DNA from: a virus
Lineage: Duplodnaviria; Caudoviricetes
Direction: 5' to 3' (one strand)
IMG/VR virus record: IMGVR_UViG_3300036647_000024
Span: 4,985-68,984 of that record
Length of the DNA stretch: 64,000 nucleotides
Positions 25,549-34,691 of this stretch are shown here, piece after piece. A model generated the notes under the pieces. That model was not told the origin of the DNA, ran no database searches, and saw nothing but the letters and a program-made list of their open reading frames with translations. Every line of letters starts with the position of its first letter. The first letter of the stretch is position 1. Position numbers and translations under genes: made by a program.

Positions 25549-25898
25549 TTGTTTTCTTCGTTTACTTTGTCCTCTGTTTTTTCAACTTTTACTCCTAGAG
25601 CTTCCATAAAAGTATTTATCTGTTCCGGACATATTTTTGCACCACGTAGAAACGCACCCTGAAGATCCACATTTTGTATTTTCGCACCACGGAAGTCTAC
25701 ATCCTGGAGGTATGCTTCCTGAAGATCCGCACCACAGAGGTCCGTACCATAGAAAGATACACCCGTAAAGTCTGCACAATAGAGGTCTGCATCTTGAAGA
25801 TCCGCATACCGTAGATCCTCATACCGTAGATCCTTATACCTAAGGCTCTCTCCTGGCATCACTACTCTTCCTCTTTTATCTCGCTTTAACTCTATCAT
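25545..25898 (-). CDS. pentapeptide repeat protein
   Basis: [AK][DN]Lxx repeats. Confidence 0.85.
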   Translation of the reverse strand: MIELKRDKRGRVVMPGESLRYKDLRYEDLRYADLQDADLYCADFTGVSFYGTDLCGADLQEAYLQDVDFRGAKIQNVDLQGAFLRGAKICPEQINTFMEALGVKVEKTEDKVNEENK

Positions 25899-25932
25899 TT
25901 TATGCTCCGTTGTTTGTCTATCGACGTGTGAA

Positions 25933-26181
25933 CTACGGACAACTAATTACATTTCGTGTAATCAATTGTTCATTAATACATTGTCCACTTTTCTCTTTTG
26001 AATTATAGCCAGATCTCCTAATCCAGCCTTTATAGACCTCTCCCTTGATAGGTTCTAAATCTGTATCATCTTTGAAGTCTGTTGAGTCCTGTAAAAGAAG
26101 AGCACAACCTACATAATTATCATTATGGAGTTCGTTTGATATACTGTGTCTACTCAAATGACAAGATTTGCATATACTCAT
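25933..26181 (-). CDS. hypothetical protein
   Basis: 82-aa Cys-containing ORF. Confidence 0.55.
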   Translation of the reverse strand: MSICKSCHLSRHSISNELHNDNYVGCALLLQDSTDFKDDTDLEPIKGEVYKGWIRRSGYNSKEKSGQCINEQLITRNVISCP

Positions 26182-26193
26182 TTTGTTCTCTGT

Positions 26194-26649
26194 TTATTCA
26201 ACTTCTACCCCAAGTGCGACTACCAAGCAGCCTAGATCTTTTAACAAGATTTTCGAGCCCTTAACGTTCGCATTCCGAAGATCTGCTCCTAAGAGGTTCG
26301 TGTTCCGGAGATCTGCTTTCCGAAGATCCACTCTTTGGAAGTTCGCGTTCCGAAGGTCTGCGTTCCGGAGATCTGCATTCCAGAGATCCGCGTTCCGGAG
26401 ATCCGTATTCCGAAGGTCTGCGTTCCGAAGGTCTGCGTTTCGGAGATCTGCATTCCAGAGATCCGCGTTCCGAAGGGTTGCTCCTTGGAGATCTGCATTC
26501 TGGAATTGTGTGTTCTGGAGGTTTGCTCCCTGGAGGTTTGCGCCTTGGAGATTCGCATGCCGAAGGCTTGCTCCCTGGAGGTTTGCATTCCGGAGGTTTG
26601 CGCCTGGCATAAGCACCAGTCCATTTCTGTCCCGTTTTAGCTCAGTCAT
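26194..26649 (-). CDS. pentapeptide repeat protein
   Basis: About 22 A[DN]Lxx repeats; N- and C-termini shared with 25545-25898. Confidence 0.9.
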   Translation of the reverse strand: MTELKRDRNGLVLMPGANLRNANLQGASLRHANLQGANLQGANLQNTQFQNADLQGATLRNADLWNADLRNADLRNADLRNTDLRNADLWNADLRNADLRNANFQRVDLRKADLRNTNLLGADLRNANVKGSKILLKDLGCLVVALGVEVE

Positions 26650-26701
26650 TTTGTCCTCTAGATTTAGAAGTGTTTATCACTGAAAAAGAACTTACCAAAT
26701 G

Positions 26702-26926
26702 TTATTCCTTTGGCATATTGATGCAGATTCTTTTTCCTGTTGGAATATGAATCAAGATAATATATTCACATTTATCTTTGCTATAGTTTGACTGCATCAT
26801 TACTACGTTGCTGCCGATACTTTCTCCCGTGTGATAGGAATCATGACAAAAAGGATTTGCTTTTGGAGGGAAGTTTGCCGTTTCACGAATATGGAAACTA
26901 TTTATTTCTGCTTCTCTCATTGACAT
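26702..26926 (-). CDS. hypothetical protein
   Basis: 74-aa ORF. Confidence 0.6.
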   Translation of the reverse strand: MSMREAEINSFHIRETANFPPKANPFCHDSYHTGESIGSNVVMMQSNYSKDKCEYIILIHIPTGKRICINMPKE

Positions 26927-26930
26927 AATG

Positions 26931-27110
26931 TTATTCCTTTAGCATTCCATTAATGTAATTAATGGTAATGGCTGACTGAAAATACTTTCCTCGAAAATAT
27001 TCTTCATTGCTAATATCATTAGCATCTATGGCTATTTCTACCATGGTTTTTGAGTCTGAAGCTTTATCTTCTAGCCATTTTAGCAATTTTGTTATTTGCT
27101 CTTCAGTCAT
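26931..27110 (-). CDS. small helical protein (EQL family), absent from the ORF track
   Basis: MTEEQITKLLKWLEDK...YFRGK...INYINGMLKE, 59 aa, with AGGA SD. Confidence 0.6.
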   Translation of the reverse strand: MTEEQITKLLKWLEDKASDSKTMVEIAIDANDISNEEYFRGKYFQSAITINYINGMLKE

Positions 27111-27181
27111 TTTATTTCCTTGTTATTTATTATCTACCTCTGGAGGAGGAGAATCTGGTCCAAAGAGTTGTGTTATCATCA

Positions 27182-27430
27182 TCAAGATGAAGAAGTAGTT
27201 ATAGATATTTTACACTCATCAGTACTTGCATATAAATATATGCTTTCTAAAGAGTTATTATCTACATTGTAATTGTAGATTACATGAGTAACTTTATAAC
27301 ACTCGTTTTGTATAGTGCTCTTGTTAATATGTTTGGCAATATAGATCACTTCCCCTTTATGTGGTACACATGGAGATTCGAATTCTCCGAGGAGATTTAT
27401 ATCGTCTTCATGAAATATGAGTATTTTCAT
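27182..27430 (-). CDS. hypothetical protein
   Basis: 82 aa; VPHKGEVI..YKVTHVIY. Confidence 0.6.
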   Translation of the reverse strand: MKILIFHEDDINLLGEFESPCVPHKGEVIYIAKHINKSTIQNECYKVTHVIYNYNVDNNSLESIYLYASTDECKISITTSSS

Positions 27431-27454
27431 CCTCCAGATCCAATTCCACTGTTT

Positions 27455-27676
27455 TTAGTTGTCTTCAATATCCATATATTCGACGATAGCTCCCATAGGG
27501 ATTACAGGAACACCTACACCTCTGATGACCTCTGCCTTGTAAGGCTTTTCAAAATTGCATTCTGAAAGCTTGATAATGTTCTTTACCCAGCCAACCGGTA
27601 TTACAATTAGTAGAGTAATGATTGCAATTAGTGCCATTAACTCAATAGCTGTATATCCATGTTCTTTGTTCTTCAT
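27455..27676 (-). CDS. prepilin-like small protein
   Basis: MKNKEHG|YTAIELMALIAIITLL then GWVKNIIKL.ECNFEKPYKAEVIRGVGV. Confidence 0.7.
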   Translation of the reverse strand: MKNKEHGYTAIELMALIAIITLLIVIPVGWVKNIIKLSECNFEKPYKAEVIRGVGVPVIPMGAIVEYMDIEDN

Positions 27677-27903
27677 TTTTTTTGTTCCTTATTCTGTTGA
27701 TTTGGCTTTCTTAAACTACTTCTAGTTTTAGATCGTCGTTTATAAACGCTTTATTCTGTTCGAGCAGGTTATTAATAGCCGCTCTTGCCAAAGCTTTCTT
27801 TGCCGTCCCAGCAAACCATTGTTCGACTGTTGCTGAAGGAGTTGGACCAACTTTCCTGAGCCTTTTAATGATTACTTCTTCAAATGTCATTGTTATCGTT
27901 CTC

Positions 27904-28113
27904 CTAACAAATACTATCTAATCTTTTATAGTTGTTAATAGATGTTTGTAGTTGATCTGTGAGAGCTTTTGCTTCTTCGAGTGTTAAGCTCATACTAATT
28001 TTTTCTGTTTCTGACCACCCCACAAGTTCATCATTGATTATACATGGATGTAGAGAATCATTAGAAATAATAATTCTACTAACCTCCCATTTACATTCTG
28101 CTTTGACAGCCAT
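27904..28113 (-). CDS. hypothetical protein
   Basis: 69-aa ORF. Confidence 0.55.
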   Translation of the reverse strand: MAVKAECKWEVSRIIISNDSLHPCIINDELVGWSETEKISMSLTLEEAKALTDQLQTSINNYKRLDSIC

Positions 28114-28317
28114 TTATTTATCCTTGTCTTCATAGGTACAGATAACTGTTTGATTTTCTTTGTCTTGGCCCCAAAAATAAGGACAAATATCTCTACAACA
28201 ACAATCTCCTACAAAGTAGTATTCACCTTCTTTCTTTGTAATATGATGATTCTGCTTGTATGGACAAGGAGTAAGCATATCATTCCCTACTTGCTCGTAT
28301 TTAAGTATTTTAGACAT
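28114..28317 (-). CDS. CPY-family Cys4 miniprotein
   Basis: TPCPY..VGDCCCRDICPYF..VIC. Confidence 0.65.
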   Translation of the reverse strand: MSKILKYEQVGNDMLTPCPYKQNHHITKKEGEYYFVGDCCCRDICPYFWGQDKENQTVICTYEDKDK

Positions 28318-28353
28318 AGCTTTACTTAATCTTTTCTTCTCCCATAGATTTAC

Positions 28354-28593
28354 TTAATCTACTGGAGTAAATATTATTTCGCTCTTACAAAACCAACCCT
28401 TTGGTGGTTTAACTTTACGACCAGATGGCTTTAAAATTCCGAAAGTACTTTGTCCTCTCTTTTCCGCGCGTAAATATTTATAAAGACTACCATTTCTCAA
28501 AAATCCATAAAGAATAATATACTCTTCTTCACAGATATAGGTAGTCCATCCTTTTGTTAATTTAAATAACTTCTTCCATTGTCGCTTATTCAT
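28354..28593 (-). CDS. hypothetical basic protein
   Basis: MNKRQWKK; 79 aa. Confidence 0.55.
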   Translation of the reverse strand: MNKRQWKKLFKLTKGWTTYICEEEYIILYGFLRNGSLYKYLRAEKRGQSTFGILKPSGRKVKPPKGWFCKSEIIFTPVD

Positions 28594-28727
28594 CTTTACT
28601 CCTTAGATAAACAAATAGATAGACATTATATAGATAATAAATAGGTAATAAATAGACTAGGTGCAGCAAAGAATTTACTTTACGTGCATGTACAAGAGAA
28701 TCGGAATGATTCCTGATACTTACCTTG

Positions 28728-28940
28728 TTATTCTTCTTTCAGAAGGTTTTTGATGAAATTTATTGTTTGTACTGATTGTTGTTTTTTACCTAGGAAGAAC
28801 TTATATGCTTGAAGATCATTATTATCATGTGCTGCTGTCCAAGCTTCCTTTTGTTTTTCAATACAGGAATCTAACCATTCTTCTAGTTTTTTTAACTGTT
28901 CTTCAGTCATAGTTATTCTCTCAGTGGAAAAGTGTCTCAT
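28728..28940 (-). CDS. small helical protein (EQL family)
   Basis: MTEEQLKKLEEWL. Confidence 0.6.
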   Translation of the reverse strand: MRHFSTERITMTEEQLKKLEEWLDSCIEKQKEAWTAAHDNNDLQAYKFFLGKKQQSVQTINFIKNLLKEE

Positions 28941-29190
28941 TTCCTGTTTGTAATGATTTCAATAGGTTAGTTAACTTTTACCGCCCTATGAAATAAAACT
29001 ATTTGTACAGTTAAACTGTAAAGTGTCTCATTAAGCTTTAGTTATCTTTGTTTCAGGATAAAGAAGCTCTATGAAGTACTGTTGATCGTCTTTAGACTCA
29101 TAATACATAATGTATTTTATTTCGTCCTTGGGCCGATTAATAGATACTTCTAATACAATATAGTCGTACATTTGTTTACCCCCACTTTAT

Positions 29191-29394
29191 TTAGTTTCCC
29201 CCTTCGGGGGGATCTTCGTCTGCTATGCATAAGATAATATCATAGCCTTCTAACTTCTTATGAAAGTAACGACAGCATTGACATACAGCAGAATGAATTT
29301 TTACTGTTCCTTTTGTCGCTGGATATGATCCACGTTTGTAGGGACAAGGAGTAATAAGCCAGTCTCCTGCTCTTTCAAAAGGTATTCGTTTCAT
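29191..29394 (-). CDS. CPY-family Cys4 miniprotein
   Basis: TPCPY..IHSAVCQCCRYF..ILCIADE. Confidence 0.65.
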   Translation of the reverse strand: MKRIPFERAGDWLITPCPYKRGSYPATKGTVKIHSAVCQCCRYFHKKLEGYDIILCIADEDPPEGGN

Positions 29395-29401
29395 AAGCCC
29401 C

Positions 29402-29578
29402 TCAGTCCCCTTCGGGGGAGATTAGTTCCCTCGCTTCGCTCGGGCGAGTTCTGTAATATAGGAGATAATTTGCTTGATCCTGAAAGTCATAGAATGCTTT
29501 CTCACATTCAGAACAGCAGAATTCATCATCTATATCTTCTTGTTGGAATGGTAATCCACATGCAAGACATGTTTCCAT
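29402..29578 (-). CDS. treble-clef zinc-finger miniprotein, absent from the ORF track
   Basis: METCLACG...FCCSEC, 58 aa, GGAG SD. Confidence 0.6.
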   Translation of the reverse strand: METCLACGLPFQQEDIDDEFCCSECEKAFYDFQDQANYLLYYRTRPSEARELISPEGD

Positions 29579-29631
29579 TGTTGTTTCTCCATTTGTTTGG
29601 GTTTAGCGGAGCGACCGAAGGGAGCGGAGCG

Positions 29632-29862
29632 TTATTCTTCTTCGTCGCCCTTACAAACTATAAAGTTTGTTAATGGTTTATCTGTTTTGTTATCAGATAC
29701 AAAGTTTTTACAATCATGACAGAATACACTACCTACATTTATTAGTAGGGGATTTGTCATATAAACTGTGTTAAATTGTTTCTTGTATGGACAAGGTACT
29801 TTTAAAACAGGTGTATTGTAGAGTATTCTTCTCATTTGGATCTCTTTCTTCTGTATTTCCAT
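29632..29862 (-). CDS. CPY-family Cys4 miniprotein
   Basis: VPCPY..VGSVFCHDCKNF..IVCKGDE. Confidence 0.65.
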   Translation of the reverse strand: MEIQKKEIQMRRILYNTPVLKVPCPYKKQFNTVYMTNPLLINVGSVFCHDCKNFVSDNKTDKPLTNFIVCKGDEEE

Positions 29863-30062
29863 ATAGGTTTTGGTTCTGGTTCAGGAACACATTCTTTCCA
29901 ATTAAGAAAAGATTCTCCTAACTGGTCTATCATAGAAGATAATTCTGTTTCTTCTAGTAATAGATATGTTCCCCCGCCGCACCAATCACAAATAGGAAAT
30001 TCTCCCTTTGAAGGATAATCTTCAAACTCATGATGACAATTATTACAGTGATACAATGGCAT
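29832..30062 (-). CDS. FmdB-like zinc-ribbon protein
   Basis: MPLYHCNNCHHEFE...CDWCGG. Confidence 0.65.
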   Translation of the reverse strand: MPLYHCNNCHHEFEDYPSKGEFPICDWCGGGTYLLLEETELSSMIDQLGESFLNWKECVPEPEPKPIWKYRRKRSK

Positions 30063-30109
30063 TTGCTAACTCCTTGTCTGGATTAAATACGTTAGCTCCT
30101 TGCGAAGCG

Positions 30110-30415
30110 TTAGAATAAACTTAACTGATTAGGATGAGCCTTATTCTTCTTTGCTTGTTTACGAGCTGCTAAGGCCCTTCCAAGCGCACTCATATTATCA
30201 TGAGTAACTCGGTAGCCACCTTTGTTTAAAGCGACCATAAGAGCCTTCCTGCGCTCATACATGCCAAGCTTAATAAAGTCTGCTGCCATCTTTGCTACAG
30301 TATCCATTGGTGTTAGCATTTGTATTCTCCTTCCTAGTTTCTGTTCTTCACATATAGTTGAACAGAAGTCTTCTTTCCCTTCAAAACATTTATAACAGTT
30401 AGGACAACGTTTCAT
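30110..30415 (-). CDS. treble-clef zinc-finger protein
   Basis: RCPNC...FCSTIC. Confidence 0.65.
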   Translation of the reverse strand: MKRCPNCYKCFEGKEDFCSTICEEQKLGRRIQMLTPMDTVAKMAADFIKLGMYERRKALMVALNKGGYRVTHDNMSALGRALAARKQAKKNKAHPNQLSLF

Positions 30416-30418
30416 TTG

Positions 30419-30712
30419 TTAGCACTCGTGTTTCTCTTTGTTCCAGTTGCATATACAATAGTCAATATCACAATAGCAGACTCCACAAACTTCTCCTTTC
30501 TTAATTGCCTCTTGCATAAATTGATCAAATTCTTCTTCTGATTCTTCTGTGCATCCACAGTAAAATGTTTCTTCTTCATGTTCCATTTGATATTGTAGAT
30601 TTGCTTCTTCTACTTCTTTAATAATACAGTCAAGAGAACAATATTCAATATTGTCTTCTTCGACCGAAATAGAAAACTCTTTACCACATGTAATACATCT
30701 TGTTGTTTTCAT
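30419..30712 (-). CDS. treble-clef zinc-finger protein, acidic
   Basis: RCITCGKEF...YCSLDC; start moved to MKTT (the track extends it to 30847). Confidence 0.6.
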   Translation of the reverse strand: MKTTRCITCGKEFSISVEEDNIEYCSLDCIIKEVEEANLQYQMEHEEETFYCGCTEESEEEFDQFMQEAIKKGEVCGVCYCDIDYCICNWNKEKHEC

Positions 30713-30728
30713 TTGCTTTTTCCTTTCT

Positions 30729-30977
30729 TTAGAATTCACATTCTTCTTGATGTTTGCCCCAATATTCATTAGCACAAGTCTGACAACAGAAGCTTTGATA
30801 ATCTGTTTCTGTTTTGTTGGCCGCGTCAATAGGAAACTCACATCCACATTCTCTACATGTTCCAGTAGTAAATCTGTCTAGTTCACATTGAGCTGAACAA
30901 CAATTAAGATCACTGCCATCTTCTTTGTCATACATATATTCTTTGTTACACATACAACAATGTCTTGTTTCTTTCAT
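30729..30977 (-). CDS. tandem treble-clef zinc-finger protein
   Basis: CCMC..CCSAQC and CREC..FCCQTC. Confidence 0.65.
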   Translation of the reverse strand: MKETRHCCMCNKEYMYDKEDGSDLNCCSAQCELDRFTTGTCRECGCEFPIDAANKTETDYQSFCCQTCANEYWGKHQEECEF

Positions 30978-31150
30978 TGTCTTACTCCTTCTTGTTTCGA
31001 TATTTTTGTACTAGTGCACCAGAAACAGCTCCAATGCACATGCTAATAATCATTAAGATTATTCCTTTTGTCACGCCAAAATAGTAAACAAGTGCTATTA
31101 ATAAACAAATGTCTGCTAAGATTGAAAGATACATTATTCTTTTGTTCATT

Positions 31151-32512
31151 TTAGAACCAGCTTTCGTTTATGTTGTTGGTTTCAATATTGTGAGCTTCTG
31201 CCCACTCCTTAACAAGATCTTGAGTTTCTTTACTAACTGCTTGATTGCACACTCCTCTCAATTGGTTTAATTTCCATCCACGAATACCATATGGAAAGAA
31301 TTGTTCTTTTAGTTCCAAAGTCGCATTCTCTTCCCCATTTGCCACATGATAAATATAAGAAGTTCCATTTAAAACTAAATCTTTATAGCTACTTACACAG
31401 TGATGCATAGTTTTTGATTCGTCTATTAGTCCATGTGAATCTAAGATTGGAGTAATTTGTGTAGTCCCTAATACTGGAGGTTGTTTAAATACAATGTTTT
31501 TGTCACGTATCTTTCTGTGCTCTGCAGATAGATAGTCATGATGAGCAAGTATATTTTTGTGGGATATCTTGGGTTTATTGAACTTACATCCTTTTGCAGC
31601 AAGAAGATTTTCTAAACGAATAGTATCATTCATAGTGAAAGGATCTGTTCCTTTATATTGATATCCCCTCTTGGTACGAAGATGTCCTGTCTTGGAAAGC
31701 CATTCAATATATGGAGCAAATCGCTTTTGTTGCTCTTTGGGCTTCTGACAAATGTCAATTAGCATGTTAATTGCATTACTTGTTATTTGTTTTAGGTGAT
31801 ATGCCTGAGTTGGAATTTCTTCTATTTCTGACCACCTATTAAGCCTTTCTGCAATACTTACAGCGTTCCATTCGATATCAATTGTTTTATGGGTAAACTT
31901 CTTAAGCAAGGGAAGTAAACAAGAAACATTTCTTTCTGGAATATCTGTGCTGTAATAATAACAGTTTGTCCACAAGAAAGTTATCTTGTCGCTATCAGAC
32001 ATTTTAAGTACTTGTTTTACTTTGGCAAGAGTAAGTTGTTTGTGTGTCCGATAAGAGTATCTCTTTTGCATGTTTGCGACTAGGAAAACAGCGCAGAATG
32101 GGAATCTTTTGGATAGTTCATATATCTCTGGACAGATATAAAAGGCTCGAAGCATGACTCCAGAAAGATTATTTCTGAATATTGAGTTGTCTGGATTTCT
32201 TCCTGCGTTATATTTTATTGCTTCATAAAAATATTTCTTACCAATAAGATTAATCCATTCTTTTGCTGGATTGGGTCTTCCATCAAATGTTTTAAACTTT
32301 GATACTTTATGAATAAGATGTAAGGAAACACTAGATAGTTTAATTGCTTTCCAAATAGAGGTTCCATCCTCGTTAAGGTGGCCTTTATATGCACAACATC
32401 CTTTAAGAACTAATGCATGATCTTCTTCAAAGGCATAGAACTTATTGTTTTTCCAGCGATATTTATACTTATGCATCTTTCTACTCCTTTTCTTCTGTTG
32501 AGTTGTGCTCAA
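31151..32512 (-). CDS. PcfJ-like domain protein
   Basis: C-terminal HDYL..L.DESKTMHHCVSSY..ATLEL..QLRGVCN pattern. Confidence 0.75.
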   Translation of the reverse strand: MSTTQQKKRSRKMHKYKYRWKNNKFYAFEEDHALVLKGCCAYKGHLNEDGTSIWKAIKLSSVSLHLIHKVSKFKTFDGRPNPAKEWINLIGKKYFYEAIKYNAGRNPDNSIFRNNLSGVMLRAFYICPEIYELSKRFPFCAVFLVANMQKRYSYRTHKQLTLAKVKQVLKMSDSDKITFLWTNCYYYSTDIPERNVSCLLPLLKKFTHKTIDIEWNAVSIAERLNRWSEIEEIPTQAYHLKQITSNAINMLIDICQKPKEQQKRFAPYIEWLSKTGHLRTKRGYQYKGTDPFTMNDTIRLENLLAAKGCKFNKPKISHKNILAHHDYLSAEHRKIRDKNIVFKQPPVLGTTQITPILDSHGLIDESKTMHHCVSSYKDLVLNGTSYIYHVANGEENATLELKEQFFPYGIRGWKLNQLRGVCNQAVSKETQDLVKEWAEAHNIETNNINESWF

Positions 32513-32684
32513 GAATCACCAAGAGCACAATGCCAATTACTGCTGTTAGTAAAGTCATTATTGTGCCGCAATTAAAACCAAGCCAGTTAATACAGAAGAG
32601 CCAAAAAGCTCCACTGATTAACCAACAAATAGTTAATGCTTTTAACATGTTAGCCAGATTGCTACAATCATGACTGGAAGACAA
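32481..32684 (-). CDS. small membrane protein
   Basis: Two TM helices. Confidence 0.5.
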   Translation of the reverse strand: MSSSHDCSNLANMLKALTICWLISGAFWLFCINWLGFNCGTIMTLLTAVIGIVLLVILEHNSTEEKE

Positions 32685-32792
32685 ATTGCTAACATTAATA
32701 TAATTTCAACAAGGTTATAACAGATGTACCACAACCATTCTTCTTTCGTGCGGCGGAAAGCAAATTGATGATTCTTGTTATCTTGTTTTATT

Positions 32793-33947
32793 TCATACAT
32801 TCATAGACCTCCTGTCAATTGCTTCAATTAGTTCGTCTTCTGATAGCCAATTAGTACATAGTTCATATGGTCCAACATTTGCATCTTTTGGATCACATAT
32901 CATACGTTCTTCCCATAATTTCTTCTCTCGTTCCTTGCGACGAATATTTGCATTTATTAACAAGTCTTCTAGTTCGTCAATAGCTTTCTTGATTCTTGCT
33001 GATTCATCAAGCATTTTGCATAGTTTAGCTTGGTTCTCAGTTAATTCTGACAATCTTGCATTAAATGCATTCTTAATGGAATCAGGTTGAGACATCCATT
33101 CTTCCAGCTGTGACTCATGAGAGGCATATTGAGATCTGTTTACTGGCATAACTTTATCAAGCCAATTATTAAATAGTTTATTTCGTTTGTAATAGCAGCG
33201 GATTTTATAATCCAATACTGCTTGTTCACCGCGATAAACTTCTAATAGTCTTATTTGAGCAATCCAGATAAATAAACCTGTCTTCTCTTTTACTTTGTCA
33301 GTAATCATGTCTCTGTTATCAATGAGCATGATTAGTTCTTCTTTGCTCATATTATCAATGGTATGTAACATGTCCTCTGTAGCACAATCCTCTTTTGTCC
33401 AAGCTCCAACATACATGTTTTCTTCTTGAACAGACTGGATATTGTTATCATAAGCTTCTTGATCAATTGATTTAACAACATCCAAATAATGATTAATGCT
33501 CCTTTCTTTTAGCGTGGCCAAAAATGACATATAGTCTTTGTACCATTTAGTCCTATTGATCTGTGTCCAATAAGCCTGTCTTTTGTATTCTTTGGCAATA
33601 TTTGCCTTTTGCTCTTCTGGGACATCACTATCTTCTGATAGTTTCTTTAGTTTCCATGCGATATCAACATCTTTCCTGTCAAATCCACAATAGAACTCTT
33701 CTCTATCAAGATAGTCGTTATATTTCTCAACGGCATTCTTAACAGCTTCTCTTGCTCTAACTTCTCGTAAATCCACAAGATTGTTAAGAGTCAAAGAGTT
33801 CTCAAGATCACCAATACTTGATACATTGGTTTTGTATGCAGACTCTAAGTCTTCCATACACACTGGAGACTCCTGACCTTTAATTGTCATTCCAGTAGTA
33901 CACATTCTTTGGTTAGATACGAATCTACCGTTCTTGTCTCTTCTCAT
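32793..33947 (-). CDS. hypothetical coiled-coil protein
   Basis: 384 aa; N-terminus MRRDKNGRFV. Confidence 0.75.
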   Translation of the reverse strand: MRRDKNGRFVSNQRMCTTGMTIKGQESPVCMEDLESAYKTNVSSIGDLENSLTLNNLVDLREVRAREAVKNAVEKYNDYLDREEFYCGFDRKDVDIAWKLKKLSEDSDVPEEQKANIAKEYKRQAYWTQINRTKWYKDYMSFLATLKERSINHYLDVVKSIDQEAYDNNIQSVQEENMYVGAWTKEDCATEDMLHTIDNMSKEELIMLIDNRDMITDKVKEKTGLFIWIAQIRLLEVYRGEQAVLDYKIRCYYKRNKLFNNWLDKVMPVNRSQYASHESQLEEWMSQPDSIKNAFNARLSELTENQAKLCKMLDESARIKKAIDELEDLLINANIRRKEREKKLWEERMICDPKDANVGPYELCTNWLSEDELIEAIDRRSMNV

Positions 33948-33962
33948 TGTCTTTTCCTTTCT

Positions 33963-34268
33963 TTAGAGTTCTTTTACCAGTTCTTTGATTTGTTTTACCA
34001 ATTCTTTAGTTTGTTTTGCCAACCCATCGATATTATTGAGTTTTTCTTCTATAACTGCTCTTGGGTTACAGTTGTCCAAAAGCATTTCGTAGACTCTGTG
34101 TTCAAACTCAGATACATATTTTCCTGCTTGAATGTTATCCCAGGCTTTGCAGGCTGATTTTAGAGACCACGTTTCTCCAAGTTCTTCTGACATGTCATAA
34201 TACAATTTGCAGTATCTAACCTTGCTTGCACGACAATATGCATTTGTCATCTTACTTCTCCCATCCAT
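33963..34268 (-). CDS. hypothetical protein
   Basis: 101-aa ORF. Confidence 0.6.
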   Translation of the reverse strand: MDGRSKMTNAYCRASKVRYCKLYYDMSEELGETWSLKSACKAWDNIQAGKYVSEFEHRVYEMLLDNCNPRAVIEEKLNNIDGLAKQTKELVKQIKELVKEL

Positions 34269-34691
34269 ACAGATGTCCTGAAATGATATTCAAGATATCT
34301 TTGATTGCATTGTTGGTTTCTGGGCCTTCAGGATAGATGATATCCAGAACCTGATTTATTGCTTGTACAGTTGCCATTACTTGTTTCCTTTCTTCAGTTC
34401 TCTTACACCATGTAAGGTTTCAGCTACTTCATCCCAACTCATTCCATTTGTTGTCCAGCGCTCAAATTTTTCAAGATAGCTATCTGCCAAAACAGCTTTC
34501 TCTTCTACTTTCTTGTAGATTTCTTTGGTCTTGGACCAAATAGATTTAATATTCACTTGTTTTACCTTTCTACCTGATGGACTTTATCCACAACAGTCTT
34601 AGCTTGTTCTACTATTTGTGTAATAACAAAACAAAACGCAACAATTGCAATAATCATCAATACTGCTGTTTTCATTGTTCTTTCCTTTCTG

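Noticed and set aside
26168-26683. Long overlapping ORFs (26168-26683 +, 26289-26624 -, 26335-26640 -, 25582-25779 -)
   Set aside because: Shadow frames of the 15-nt pentapeptide repeat genes.
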